A stretch of 45,620 nucleotides of DNA from a virus. Taxonomy: Duplodnaviria; Caudoviricetes. Of the stretch, positions 19,047-26,983 are shown in pieces. The notes under the pieces were generated by a model. It worked only from the letters and a program-made list of their open reading frames with translations, was not told the origin of the DNA and made no database searches. The position numbers and the translations under genes were made by a program. The stretch is taken from positions 1 through 45,620 of the IMG/VR virus record IMGVR_UViG_3300025429_000002. One strand, written 5' to 3'. Position 1 is the stretch's first letter. Each line of letters begins with the position of its first letter.

Positions 19047-19573
19047 TATATTTCTTCATGCTCTATAACCTTGGGCTTTGGTGTAACATCTTTAGCTTTA
19101 GCAAACCTAGCAAACTCATCTGCCAGTTTAGCAAGTCTGTCATCAACAGTCTTTTCAATTTGTTCTTGCATCGGTTGTTGGCGTAGTATTTCTCTACGAT
19201 CCATCAAGTCTGCAGTGGCCTTCATTGAATCTCTCAGGTTTACTGGAACTCGAACATTCCCACCTGTCTTTGGATCATATTGGAAGTTACCGTTGTCTAG
19301 TCTATCCTCCACCACAGCTAATGCTTTATTAACGATCTTACTGAGCCTACCGTCTAGTGCAAGTGTTTCTTCAGAACGTATCTGAAGCACCAACTCTTTC
19401 CACCAATCGGTATAACGCCATCTGACTATAGTGTCCTTCGGGATACCTGTCGCTGCTGCCGTCAATGGTAACGATCCAAGAGCCAGCCAAGTTGTCACTG
19501 CTTCGATCTTCTGAGCTTCGCTCCACCACTTCCCGCTTGCCTTTAAGTCTCTCTTTTTTCGTCTTCTTGGCAT
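19046..19573 (-). CDS. terS: Terminase small subunit
   Basis: N-terminal HTH (TAAATGIPKDTIVRW); overlaps the terL start. Confidence 0.75.
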   Translation of the reverse strand: MPRRRKKRDLKASGKWWSEAQKIEAVTTWLALGSLPLTAAATGIPKDTIVRWRYTDWWKELVLQIRSEETLALDGRLSKIVNKALAVVEDRLDNGNFQYDPKTGGNVRVPVNLRDSMKATADLMDRREILRQQPMQEQIEKTVDDRLAKLADEFARFAKAKDVTPKPKVIEHEEI

Positions 19574-19603
19574 CAGTCATATCTTTAATTATTTAATGAT
19601 ACC

Positions 19604-19632
19604 ATTATATCATATAAGTTTAAATTTGTCAA
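19604..19632 (-). promoter_or_regulatory. Sigma70 promoter of the packaging/structural arm
   Basis: TTGACA-N17-TATAAT with TG extension; upstream AATAAT shared with the 11594-11622 promoter. Confidence 0.88.
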
Positions 19633-19665
19633 GTATTATTTTATAGAGGGGACATAAAAAACTTC

Positions 19666-19694
19666 TTGACAAAAGATAAAAAATGTGCTATTAT
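19666..19694 (+). promoter_or_regulatory. Divergent sigma70 promoter facing the non-coding region
   Basis: TTGACA-N17-TATTAT with TGn extension. Confidence 0.75.
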
Positions 19695-19704
19695 AAGTAC
19701 TATA

Positions 19705-19819
19705 TAGTAAATACATAGTAACGCTATAGTAAAGCTTTTTATAGAGTTTTATCTATGTATGTATTTACTAAGATGTAACTAAGTAGACCTAACGAGAACA
19801 GTTCAGTAAACTACTTAGT
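19705..19819. repeat. Two long inverted repeats
   Basis: TAGTAAATACATA (19705-17)/TATGTATTTACTA (19758-70); ACTAAGTAG (19778-86)/CTACTTAGT (19811-19). Confidence 0.8.
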
Positions 19820-20078
19820 GCTTCGTGCACATATTGTAATTATTTTAAAGTGTATTCACTATTCTTGAATAAAGAATGTCTCAGTGCTTCTCAGCACATC
19901 GTAGGCTACCCTACCCTCAACTTGTAATTTAAAATCAATACAGAGCTGTTTAGAGCCTCTGGTGAGCATTTTAGACCTGTCTAGACCCTACCCCCTATTC
20001 TAAAAATTATGCCAGCGTTAAAAATAGCGTTATATATATTTATAAAGAATTCTTTTTGCCCCTCCCCAGCCCTAGTTA

Positions 20079-20326
20079 GTAAGCACTTACTTCCTATACA
20101 GGTTAGTGAGTACTTACTTACATCTATACAGGCGAAGTGAACACTCACTTACTTAGTAGTGACTCTGTCCCTTATACTTGTTAGTGTGTCCTTACTTACT
20201 AGGCTACTCTGTCCCTGCACCATGTCAGTGCATATTACTAAAAGTTATATAAGTTGTTGTTTTTAGACAACAAAGTAGTAAGGCGTAACGCAACCGTATA
20301 AAATCAATAAGTTAGCATGCACTTAC
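20079..20326. promoter_or_regulatory. Cluster of five SlmA-binding-site-like 12-mers
   Basis: GTAAGCACTTAC 20079, GTGAGTACTTAC 20106, GTGAACACTCAC 20137, GTGTGTCCTTAC 20184, GCATGCACTTAC 20315; E. coli SBS consensus is GTGAGTACTCAC. Confidence 0.6.
20302..20314 (+). promoter_or_regulatory. IHF binding site
   Basis: AATCAATAAGTTA matches WATCAANNNNTTR exactly. Confidence 0.55.
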
Positions 20327-20349
20327 ACTACACCATTTAACTATCTAAA

Positions 20350-20421
20350 TGATAATGATTCTCACTTGTATTTGATTAGTTATTGAGAATGATTCTCACT
20401 TGTAAACGATAACGATTCTCA
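20350..20421. promoter_or_regulatory. Three Fur boxes
   Basis: TGATAATGATTCTCA 20350, TGAGAATGATTCTCA 20384, CGATAACGATTCTCA 20407; fit the 7-1-7 consensus TGATAATnATTATCA. Confidence 0.75.
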
Positions 20422-20524
20422 TTTAAAGCACTGTTGTATTTTGACAACATAGGGTTTGTCCCTATAGTTTTTTTGTTGCATATCTATAAAATAGAATCAT
20501 CAACACAAAAAAGGAGCTTTAAAA

Positions 20525-20680
20525 ATGAAAACATTTAAACAGTTAAACCGTACAGCAATAAGAGAAGCAATTAAAAATGATATTCTTTTTACTTGGTATC
20601 AAAGAGAAGGAGAGTTAAAGCATGGTAGTGCAATTGTTTTAGCTATAGCATCGAGAACGCCATTTTCATACATTAAATAA
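20525..20680 (+). CDS. First early protein, 51 aa
   Basis: AAGGAG RBS; MKTFKQLNRTAIREAIKNDILFTWYQREGELKHG... Confidence 0.7.
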   Translation: MKTFKQLNRTAIREAIKNDILFTWYQREGELKHGSAIVLAIASRTPFSYIK

Positions 20681-20693
20681 GAGAGGATATATC

Positions 20694-21413
20694 ATGTTTA
20701 TTAGAAAACAATTACTAGGTTTTAACACCAACGCTAAAACAATCAAAGGAGAAAAGATCGGTTATTATACCGGCATTCTATATCTTGCTCCAAGTGATAT
20801 CTCCGGCTTTCAAGTATGCCCCTTAGCTAAATTGGCACAATGTGAGAAAGCCTGTTTATATACATCGGGAAGAGGGGCGTTTAATTCTATCCAACATGCT
20901 AGAATTGAGAAAACAAAATACTTTTTTAATGATCGTAACAATTTTATGATCAATATCTTTAAAGATATTGAAAAGGGTATTAAGAAAGCTAAACAATTAA
21001 ATCAAGAGTTATTGATTAGATTAAATGGTACAAGTGATATTAAATGGGAAAATGTATCATTTGAATATAACGGGATCACTTATGACAATATTATGAGTGC
21101 ATTTCCTACTGTTCAATTTTATGATTATACTAAAATACCGAATAGGGTTAACTTACCGAAAAATTATGATTTAACATTCTCTTATTCTGGCGTTATTAGT
21201 TTTCAAAAGTACGTTACAAAAGCAATTGAGAATAAAAACCGTATCGCTGTTGTTTTTAGGTATGAGAGAGACATTCCTAAAATGTTCAAGGGTTTAAATG
21301 TAATCGGAGGAGATAATTCAGACGTGCGGCATATTGAGGATAAAAATATTATTGTCGCATTGTATGCTAAGGGTAAAGCTATCAAGGATACTTCCGGCTT
21401 TGTTGTCAATTAA
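20694..21413 (+). CDS. GP88-family protein (three-Cys, Fe-S/radical-SAM-like)
   Basis: VCP....C...CLYTSGRG, IRLNGTSD, QFYDYTK, LTFSYS motifs. Confidence 0.75.
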   Translation: MFIRKQLLGFNTNAKTIKGEKIGYYTGILYLAPSDISGFQVCPLAKLAQCEKACLYTSGRGAFNSIQHARIEKTKYFFNDRNNFMINIFKDIEKGIKKAKQLNQELLIRLNGTSDIKWENVSFEYNGITYDNIMSAFPTVQFYDYTKIPNRVNLPKNYDLTFSYSGVISFQKYVTKAIENKNRIAVVFRYERDIPKMFKGLNVIGGDNSDVRHIEDKNIIVALYAKGKAIKDTSGFVVN

Positions 21414-21428
21414 AAAGTATTGCTACCT

Positions 21429-21477
21429 TATAGGGCATTTAAACAAATACCCTATAGGATTATCAATAGATAATCTT
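21429..21477 (+). other. Intergenic hairpins in the early transcript
   Basis: TATAGGG..CCCTATA and AGGATTATC-AATA-GATAATCTT stems. Confidence 0.45.
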
Positions 21478-21506
21478 TTAATTAACTTGAAAAGGAATAT
21501 TAAACC

Positions 21507-21668
21507 ATGAACAATGAAATTATTATTAAAGTAAAAAACCATGAAACAGAAGAGATTTTTAACATTATTGGATTAGATAATTTTATTAACTTTTTAAATG
21601 ATAATGACGATATTTTTACTTTTTGTTTACAGAAAATAAACCCAATGACAAATAAAATGGAATATTAA
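21507..21668 (+). CDS. Early hypothetical protein, 53 aa
   Basis: AAGGA RBS; MNNEIIIKVKNHETEEIFNIIG... Confidence 0.65.
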   Translation: MNNEIIIKVKNHETEEIFNIIGLDNFINFLNDNDDIFTFCLQKINPMTNKMEY

Positions 21669-21669
21669 A

Positions 21670-21921
21670 ATGAGTAAATATTGGATTGATTTTTTAAACG
21701 ATATTGATTTAACTATCGAGGATATACACGAAGTGATTACAAGTGATTTCAAGGATGATAAGGGTAACTATTACCTGATCGCATCGTACTACAACAAAGA
21801 GGGGTTAAGCCTATTTAATTCGATCCCTTATTACACTATAAAAGATTGTTTACGAGACAATGAAATATTTGTAAACAATGGCACATTTTTATTACAATAT
21901 ACGGAGGATTTTAAAGCATGA
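21670..21921 (+). CDS. Early acidic hypothetical protein
   Basis: 83-aa ORF closely packed with its neighbours. Confidence 0.7.
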   Translation: MSKYWIDFLNDIDLTIEDIHEVITSDFKDDKGNYYLIASYYNKEGLSLFNSIPYYTIKDCLRDNEIFVNNGTFLLQYTEDFKA

Positions 21922-22016
21922 ACACATTTTTAGATTACTTACTAGGCACTATTTTTACTGTAATTGTCGCAATTGTTTTAGCACTTGTTTATATTTTTCG
22001 TACAGGAGGGTTTTAA
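21918..22016 (+). CDS. 32-aa single-TM membrane peptide
   Basis: GGAGG RBS; MNTFLDYLLGTIFTVIVAIVLALVYIFRTGGF. Confidence 0.7.
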   Translation: MNTFLDYLLGTIFTVIVAIVLALVYIFRTGGF

Positions 22017-22018
22017 TC

Positions 22019-22249
22019 ATGGATAACGTAACAAAGATTCTAAACAGTAACGGGAAAATATTCACAGTTACTTTTATTAAAAAAGATGGGTCATTGCGGG
22101 TATTGAACGGGAGATTAGGGGTTACAAAGCACTTAAAAGGCGGTTTAAGCACTTTAAACCCGTTAGAATACATAACCGTATACGATTTACAATCGAAGGG
22201 TTACAGGGCTATAAATCGATCAACCATTATTGACGTGAAGGGGTTATAA
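22019..22249 (+). CDS. Sm/WYL-like SH3 beta-barrel protein
   Basis: FTVTFIKKDGSLR..VYDL..KGYRAIN; GGAGG RBS supports start at 22019, not 21878. Confidence 0.7.
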   Translation: MDNVTKILNSNGKIFTVTFIKKDGSLRVLNGRLGVTKHLKGGLSTLNPLEYITVYDLQSKGYRAINRSTIIDVKGL

Positions 22250-22250
22250 A

Positions 22251-22580
22251 ATGATTACAGCATATACAGAAAAACAAAAGACATTGATTGTCAATAATGT
22301 AATTAAGGCGTGCACTGATATAAACAAGCTTAGTAAACCCGCTTACAAGTACTTATACTTATGTAGTGGATTTATCGCTCATTACAATCATTATGGGTTT
22401 ATGTCGCATTATGAGGATGATTCTCTCACTAATGATATTTTAAATAATGTACATTTTAATCAATGGAATAATTTTAAAAATACGGATAAGGATTATGATT
22501 ATTACATGAGTAAAAAAGACATTTATAACCGTATTGTCTCAAAATTAAACAATCAAGCTTTAAATTTATATAACACTTAG
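22251..22580 (+). CDS. Early hypothetical protein
   Basis: 109 aa, GFIAHYN..GF motif, RBS present. Confidence 0.7.
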   Translation: MITAYTEKQKTLIVNNVIKACTDINKLSKPAYKYLYLCSGFIAHYNHYGFMSHYEDDSLTNDILNNVHFNQWNNFKNTDKDYDYYMSKKDIYNRIVSKLNNQALNLYNT

Positions 22581-22593
22581 GAGGGTTTAAACA

Positions 22594-22725
22594 ATGAAGT
22601 ATGATTACTTAGTATGTTATTTAGACAAGAGCGGAGAACAAGCTACAATCCCGTTTACTTCGCTTACACATGCCCGAAAATGTGCCTTACGCATTGGCGG
22701 GTTAGTTATTAACTTAAAAGGATAA
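22594..22725 (+). CDS. Early hypothetical protein, 43 aa
   Basis: GGAGG RBS; MKYDYLVCYLDKSGEQ... Confidence 0.65.
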   Translation: MKYDYLVCYLDKSGEQATIPFTSLTHARKCALRIGGLVINLKG

Positions 22726-22728
22726 AAC

Positions 22729-22887
22729 ATGTCTACGCACGATGTAAACTATAAAGATATGAGCTTGGATGAGCTTCTACGCACATATGAATTATATAAA
22801 GAATGCAATAGTAAGGGATTTTCTGATTACTTGCGTATTGCTAAAATTGAAAACGAATTACAAAATAAAGGGATTAAAAATGGATAG
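22729..22887 (+). CDS. Early hypothetical protein, 52 aa
   Basis: AAGGA RBS; MSTHDVNYKDMSLDELLRTY... Confidence 0.65.
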   Translation: MSTHDVNYKDMSLDELLRTYELYKECNSKGFSDYLRIAKIENELQNKGIKNG

Positions 22888-23047
22888 CTATAACTTAGAA
22901 GACCAATACGCAGAGTACTTATACGAACACACATCCATAAACAATGGCCACCAGCTTATAACAAAAATGGAAAATGGTTATTTGTTGGATGATTTTTTAA
23001 ATAGTATAGGTTTAACACTTGAACAATACCAGGAGATCACAGGATGA
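22880..23047 (+). CDS. Early acidic protein, 55 aa
   Basis: RBS supports the internal start MDSYNLEDQYAEYL. Confidence 0.65.
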   Translation: MDSYNLEDQYAEYLYEHTSINNGHQLITKMENGYLLDDFLNSIGLTLEQYQEITG

Positions 23048-23238
23048 TACATCATATAGTATTTAATAATAACGAAGACTTACATAAGTATTTAACAGAG
23101 AATTTTCCTAGTCATAGTGTAGATAACTCGGAAGTATCATTGTCTACGCATGTCACACGCATGAAGTGTGGAGACATGGGACTAACCATATTTGATGGTA
23201 AAGTATTAGCCATCGATTTGACGGAGGCAGTATTATGA
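23044..23238 (+). CDS. Early hypothetical protein
   Basis: AGGAG RBS, ATGA overlap. Confidence 0.65.
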   Translation: MIHHIVFNNNEDLHKYLTENFPSHSVDNSEVSLSTHVTRMKCGDMGLTIFDGKVLAIDLTEAVL

Positions 23239-23393
23239 GACCATCACTAAAACTAATCCACAAAGAAAAATGTAATATATTAAACAAAGATTTTCTATAT
23301 ATTCCATCGTATAAAACCGATCTCGCACGAATACTAAGTGAAAAGTACGGGTTCGCACCACCTAGCAGACTAAAGGAGGCAAAAAAGCCATGA
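23235..23393 (+). CDS. Early hypothetical protein, 52 aa
   Basis: GGAGG RBS; ...DFLYIPSYKTDLAR... Confidence 0.65.
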   Translation: MRPSLKLIHKEKCNILNKDFLYIPSYKTDLARILSEKYGFAPPSRLKEAKKP

Positions 23394-23632
23394 TAACCTA
23401 TTTAAGGCACATTAGAGAGGCATACAGCAAGATGTCTACAGTCGCATGTATAGTGCTTGGATTCTTAATCATTCAAGCTACAAATTACAGCGTCTTCCAT
23501 TCTGATCAAAGGCACTTACTTACTCTGACATTCTGGGAAGGGTTTAAACAATTTGAAACAATCCCTATACTTGTTAAGATTATTTTGATAGAATTATTTT
23601 TACCATCATTTAAGAAAGAGGATAAAAAATGA
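23390..23632 (+). CDS. Early membrane-associated hypothetical protein
   Basis: GGAGG RBS; two hydrophobic stretches. Confidence 0.6.
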   Translation: MITYLRHIREAYSKMSTVACIVLGFLIIQATNYSVFHSDQRHLLTLTFWEGFKQFETIPILVKIILIELFLPSFKKEDKK

Positions 23633-23826
23633 GCTACACGCATGAGATGAGTCCATATGAGTTACAAGAAGTCTATGAAGAAGCACATTATCATCAGTGT
23701 ATTAGTGATATTGTGTCTCTTATGTTAGAATATGGAGATGAGCAAGTCTTTGGTGACATCAAAGAAATGCTTTTAAAATTAAAGTGTATTATGCAACCAC
23801 CTACGGAGATTATAGAAAATGTTTAA
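23629..23826 (+). CDS. Acidic hypothetical protein
   Basis: GAGG RBS, ATGA overlap. Confidence 0.65.
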   Translation: MSYTHEMSPYELQEVYEEAHYHQCISDIVSLMLEYGDEQVFGDIKEMLLKLKCIMQPPTEIIENV

Positions 23827-24070
23827 TAAGAAAAAAACAGTTAAAGAAAATAAAAAGTTTGTGCCTCAATATGTCGTTCATTATGGTGATTGTTATGACG
23901 ATTTAGATAATAGGAGTTTGACATATAGTTTATGGAGAGTGCAGATATTTGATTCATATGATAAAGCAGTTGAATTTGCAAAAGAGAATAGTAAATATAA
24001 ACCAACGTACTTATCAAAAGTAGAAAATGTGTTTAAATTTAGCAATGAACCAAAAGTAGAGGTTTTATAA
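23819..24070 (+). CDS. Hypothetical protein
   Basis: GGAG RBS. Confidence 0.65.
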   Translation: MFNKKKTVKENKKFVPQYVVHYGDCYDDLDNRSLTYSLWRVQIFDSYDKAVEFAKENSKYKPTYLSKVENVFKFSNEPKVEVL

Positions 24071-24421
24071 GTGAAGGAATTGATTGAACAGGCAAGAGCC
24101 TACGCAGACAAGGATGACTATTTTACAACCCGCAACCTATTAAGGTTATTGTGTAACGAATTGGAGAAAACAATGCAAGCAAAAGTAAGTTTAGAATTTG
24201 ATTTATGGTTAAATACTAAAGGTATTTTAGTATTTATAGAAGGAAACGATGAACCAATAGCGAATGTTTCGTTAAAAAAACTAATTGAACAAGAATTAAA
24301 AACATATAGATTATTGGATGGAAGTATTCCTAATTATCATCAAGAAGATCTAGAAAACATGATTAAATTGTTTACTGATTGCAAAAATCAATTAGAGAAA
24401 GAATTAAAGAATGTCAAATAA
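24071..24421 (+). CDS. Hypothetical protein
   Basis: GAGG RBS with GTG start. Confidence 0.6.
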   Translation: MKELIEQARAYADKDDYFTTRNLLRLLCNELEKTMQAKVSLEFDLWLNTKGILVFIEGNDEPIANVSLKKLIEQELKTYRLLDGSIPNYHQEDLENMIKLFTDCKNQLEKELKNVK

Positions 24422-24575
24422 GTATTATGTCTACGATGAAGATAATATTGCATTAAGATGGTTTTATTGCAAAGCAGACGCTATTAAATTCGTAGATAAT
24501 AATACTTGGACCATTATATTAAAGAAAAAGCCTAAATTAGATTTATATGCATTATTAGGTGAATCACCATTTTAA
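24411..24575 (+). CDS. Hypothetical protein, 54 aa
   Basis: MSNKYYVYDEDNIALRWF...LLGESPF. Confidence 0.6.
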   Translation: MSNKYYVYDEDNIALRWFYCKADAIKFVDNNTWTIILKKKPKLDLYALLGESPF

Positions 24576-24590
24576 ATGATTAAGGATAAT

Positions 24591-24749
24591 ATGACAGATA
24601 ATGAATTAAAAGAGATATTAAAACAAGGCGGTATTGGTGAAACATTATATGAGGGTGAAATAGGTAAAACTAATATGCCAACATGGTTTAAATTAGCTGA
24701 GGCATTTAAGGATTATTATGATCTCCAAGAATATAATGCCAGAAACTGA
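24591..24749 (+). CDS. Hypothetical protein, 52 aa
   Basis: AAGGA RBS; MTDNELKEILKQGG... Confidence 0.6.
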   Translation: MTDNELKEILKQGGIGETLYEGEIGKTNMPTWFKLAEAFKDYYDLQEYNARN

Positions 24750-24867
24750 TCGTGCTGCTACTTACTCACCTGAACAGATGGATTGCGAGCATGTTTCGTG
24801 GGATTGCGATAACGTCTCAGGTGAGTTTATTTCTGAATATGAAGGCTACCCCTCAACCGATGACTAA
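24736..24867 (+). CDS. Possible 43-aa acidic peptide
   Basis: MPETDRAATYSPEQMDCEHVSWDCDNVSGEFISEYEGYPSTDD; weak RBS. Confidence 0.4.
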   Translation: MPETDRAATYSPEQMDCEHVSWDCDNVSGEFISEYEGYPSTDD

Positions 24868-24918
24868 AAATGCCTTGTAGACCCCTTAAAACACGTTTAA
24901 ACCATATTTGGAGACAGT

Positions 24919-25140
24919 ATGAGATGTAATTGTTGCAATGTTTTACTGACCGACTTCGAGTCAACGAGAAAATCTTTGGTGACGAATGAATATTATGATT
25001 TTTGTAATGCTTGTTTTAAAACCATTAAAGATGATTTAGTTTATAAAGAAAGAATTGATTTAATCAGTAATAATGATTTAGATGATTTAGAAGACATTAT
25101 GTATTTAGATAATTTCTTAATTGATCTAGATGATTACTAA
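24919..25140 (+). CDS. Zn-finger protein with acidic tail
   Basis: MRCNCC..CNAC; GGAG RBS; upstream of the primase. Confidence 0.75.
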   Translation: MRCNCCNVLLTDFESTRKSLVTNEYYDFCNACFKTIKDDLVYKERIDLISNNDLDDLEDIMYLDNFLIDLDDY

Positions 25141-25208
25141 GTAGATAAGTAGTTAAATACATAAGAAGTACTAACTGAGATGTTGCTAAATAGATACTAT
25201 ATAGTATC
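25136..25208. other. AT-rich intergenic element with a 16-bp palindrome (origin candidate)
   Basis: GATACTATATAGTATC at 25193-25208; sub-motifs shared with 19695-19787. Confidence 0.5.
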
Positions 25209-25220
25209 ATAGGAGGAATT

Positions 25221-26798
25221 TTGTCTAATTTTATTAAACATATCGCATGTGAGAAGTGTGGAAGTTCAGACGCTAATGCCCTTTTTACAGACGGGCATCA
25301 GTACTGTTATGGCTGCCAGTCGTATATTAAAGCAGATAATCAAGATAATAATGTCGTAATTAAAAAGAAAGTTAATATGATTGAAATAGCTGGAGAGATT
25401 AAGTCGATAATCGACAGAGGCATTACTAAAGATACTTGTCAGCATTATGGTGTACGCATTACAGAAGATAAACAATATTATCCCTATACAGACTGTGAGG
25501 GTAGTGTTGTTGCATGTAAAACAAGAAGTGTTGCAGATAAAACTTTTGCTATCTCAGGTGATTGGAAGTCATCTACACTTTTCGGACAACATCTGTTCGC
25601 AAAAGGTGGTAAAAACGTCACTGTTCACGAAGGCGAATTAGATGCCCTAGCAGGCTTTCAGATGTCGGGAAGCAAGTACGCACACGTCTCAGTACGAAAT
25701 GGTGCTCAGGCTGCCTTAAAAGACGTTAAAATGGCTTACGAGTGGCTTAACTCATTCGAGTCCATCATCTTGGACTTTGATGCCGATGAAGTAGGACAGA
25801 AAGCAGTTAACGAAGTAGCAGAGCTTCTTGGTAGTAAGTGTAAGATTCTAAAACATGCGGTAGGTATGAAGGACGCATGTGACTATTTAAAGAATCATAA
25901 GTCGACTGAGTACATCAAACAATGGTGGGCCTCTGAGCAGTGGACTCCTGACGGCATTATCGCAGGTTCTACACTCTGGGAAGAAGTCAATAAGCCGGTA
26001 GAGAAGTCCTCAGCACTATACCCTTGGGCAGGTGTGAATGATTTAACCTATGGTATCCGTCCGGCAGAGCTGGTAACGGTCACAGCAGGTTCAGGGTTAG
26101 GTAAATCACAGTTCTTACGTGAGATTCTGTGGCATTTGATTAGCACTACAAAAGACAACATTGGACTTATGTTTATGGAAGAATCGGTGCGTAAGACTGC
26201 TAGATCGATTATGTCCATTTATCTTAATAAACCGTTACACTTACCTGACACATTCGTGTCTCCGGAGGAATTAAAAGATGCTTTTGATATTACGTTGGGT
26301 ACTGACCGGCTTTTTTTATGGGACAATTTTGGGTCTACTGATATTGATAATGTCGTCAACCGTATTCGCTATTTTGCTAAAGCTGCAGATTGTAAGTATG
26401 TTTTCTTAGATCATATTTCGATGGTTATCTCAGCACAGGGTCAAGGTGATGAGCGTAAAGCAATTGATGAGTTGATGACCAAGCTTCGCATGTTGGTGCA
26501 GGAAACAGGCATTTCATTGATTGCTGTTTCGCACCTGAAGAGGCCCGAGAACAAAGGTCATGAAGAGGGTGCTGCGACTTCACTGTCACAGTTACGAGGT
26601 TCAGGATCGATTGCACAACTTAGCGATATTGTGATAGGATTAGTGCGTAATGCTCAGGCAGATGATCCAGTTGAAAGAAACACAACAAAGGTATCTATTC
26701 TTAAGAATCGATTTAGTGGTTTAACTTCTCCGCATTGTGCTAGTTTGCTTTACAACAAAGATACTGGTAGAATGTTGGAAACATTGGAGGATTTATGA
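25221..26798 (+). CDS. T7 gp4-like primase-helicase
   Basis: Zn ribbon CEKCGSSDA..CYGC, Toprim EGELDA/DFDAD, Walker A AGSGLGKS, FLDH, LRGSGSIAQLSD, KNRFSG. Confidence 0.95.
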   Translation: MSNFIKHIACEKCGSSDANALFTDGHQYCYGCQSYIKADNQDNNVVIKKKVNMIEIAGEIKSIIDRGITKDTCQHYGVRITEDKQYYPYTDCEGSVVACKTRSVADKTFAISGDWKSSTLFGQHLFAKGGKNVTVHEGELDALAGFQMSGSKYAHVSVRNGAQAALKDVKMAYEWLNSFESIILDFDADEVGQKAVNEVAELLGSKCKILKHAVGMKDACDYLKNHKSTEYIKQWWASEQWTPDGIIAGSTLWEEVNKPVEKSSALYPWAGVNDLTYGIRPAELVTVTAGSGLGKSQFLREILWHLISTTKDNIGLMFMEESVRKTARSIMSIYLNKPLHLPDTFVSPEELKDAFDITLGTDRLFLWDNFGSTDIDNVVNRIRYFAKAADCKYVFLDHISMVISAQGQGDERKAIDELMTKLRMLVQETGISLIAVSHLKRPENKGHEEGAATSLSQLRGSGSIAQLSDIVIGLVRNAQADDPVERNTTKVSILKNRFSGLTSPHCASLLYNKDTGRMLETLEDL

Positions 26799-26983
26799 CA
26801 GCGAATGAATTAGCAGATTTAATTGAAGATGTATACCCAAGAGGTTTTGTAAAAGATGCTGCTGATTTGTTACGTCAACAACAAGCTGAAATAGAAGCGT
26901 TGAAAAACGCAAGAGACTATTGGTGTTTGGCTTACAAAGATGTATTTAATAAATTGGAGACATTAAAAAATGACAGCAAATGA
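26795..26983 (+). CDS. MTANELAD-type coiled-coil protein, copy 1
   Basis: GGAGG RBS; LLRQQQAEIEALK. Confidence 0.7.
   Translation: MTANELADLIEDVYPRGFVKDAADLLRQQQAEIEALKNARDYWCLAYKDVFNKLETLKNDSK

Larger units (their letters stand above)
20255..20449. promoter_or_regulatory. Two TGTTGT-N6-ACAACA palindromes
   Basis: 20255-20272 and 20432-20449. Confidence 0.6.

Noticed and set aside
20094-20132. LexA SOS boxes at CTATACAG
   Set aside because: Only half-sites; no CTGT at the required spacing
20070-20220. Mini-CRISPR array
   Set aside because: Repeats are short and degenerate, spacers are short and partly repeated, and there are no cas genes
21878-22018. Upstream extensions of ORFs 21878+ (also 22769+ and 37288-)
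   Set aside because: They overlap better-supported small genes, and RBSs point to starts at 22019, 22880 and 37231
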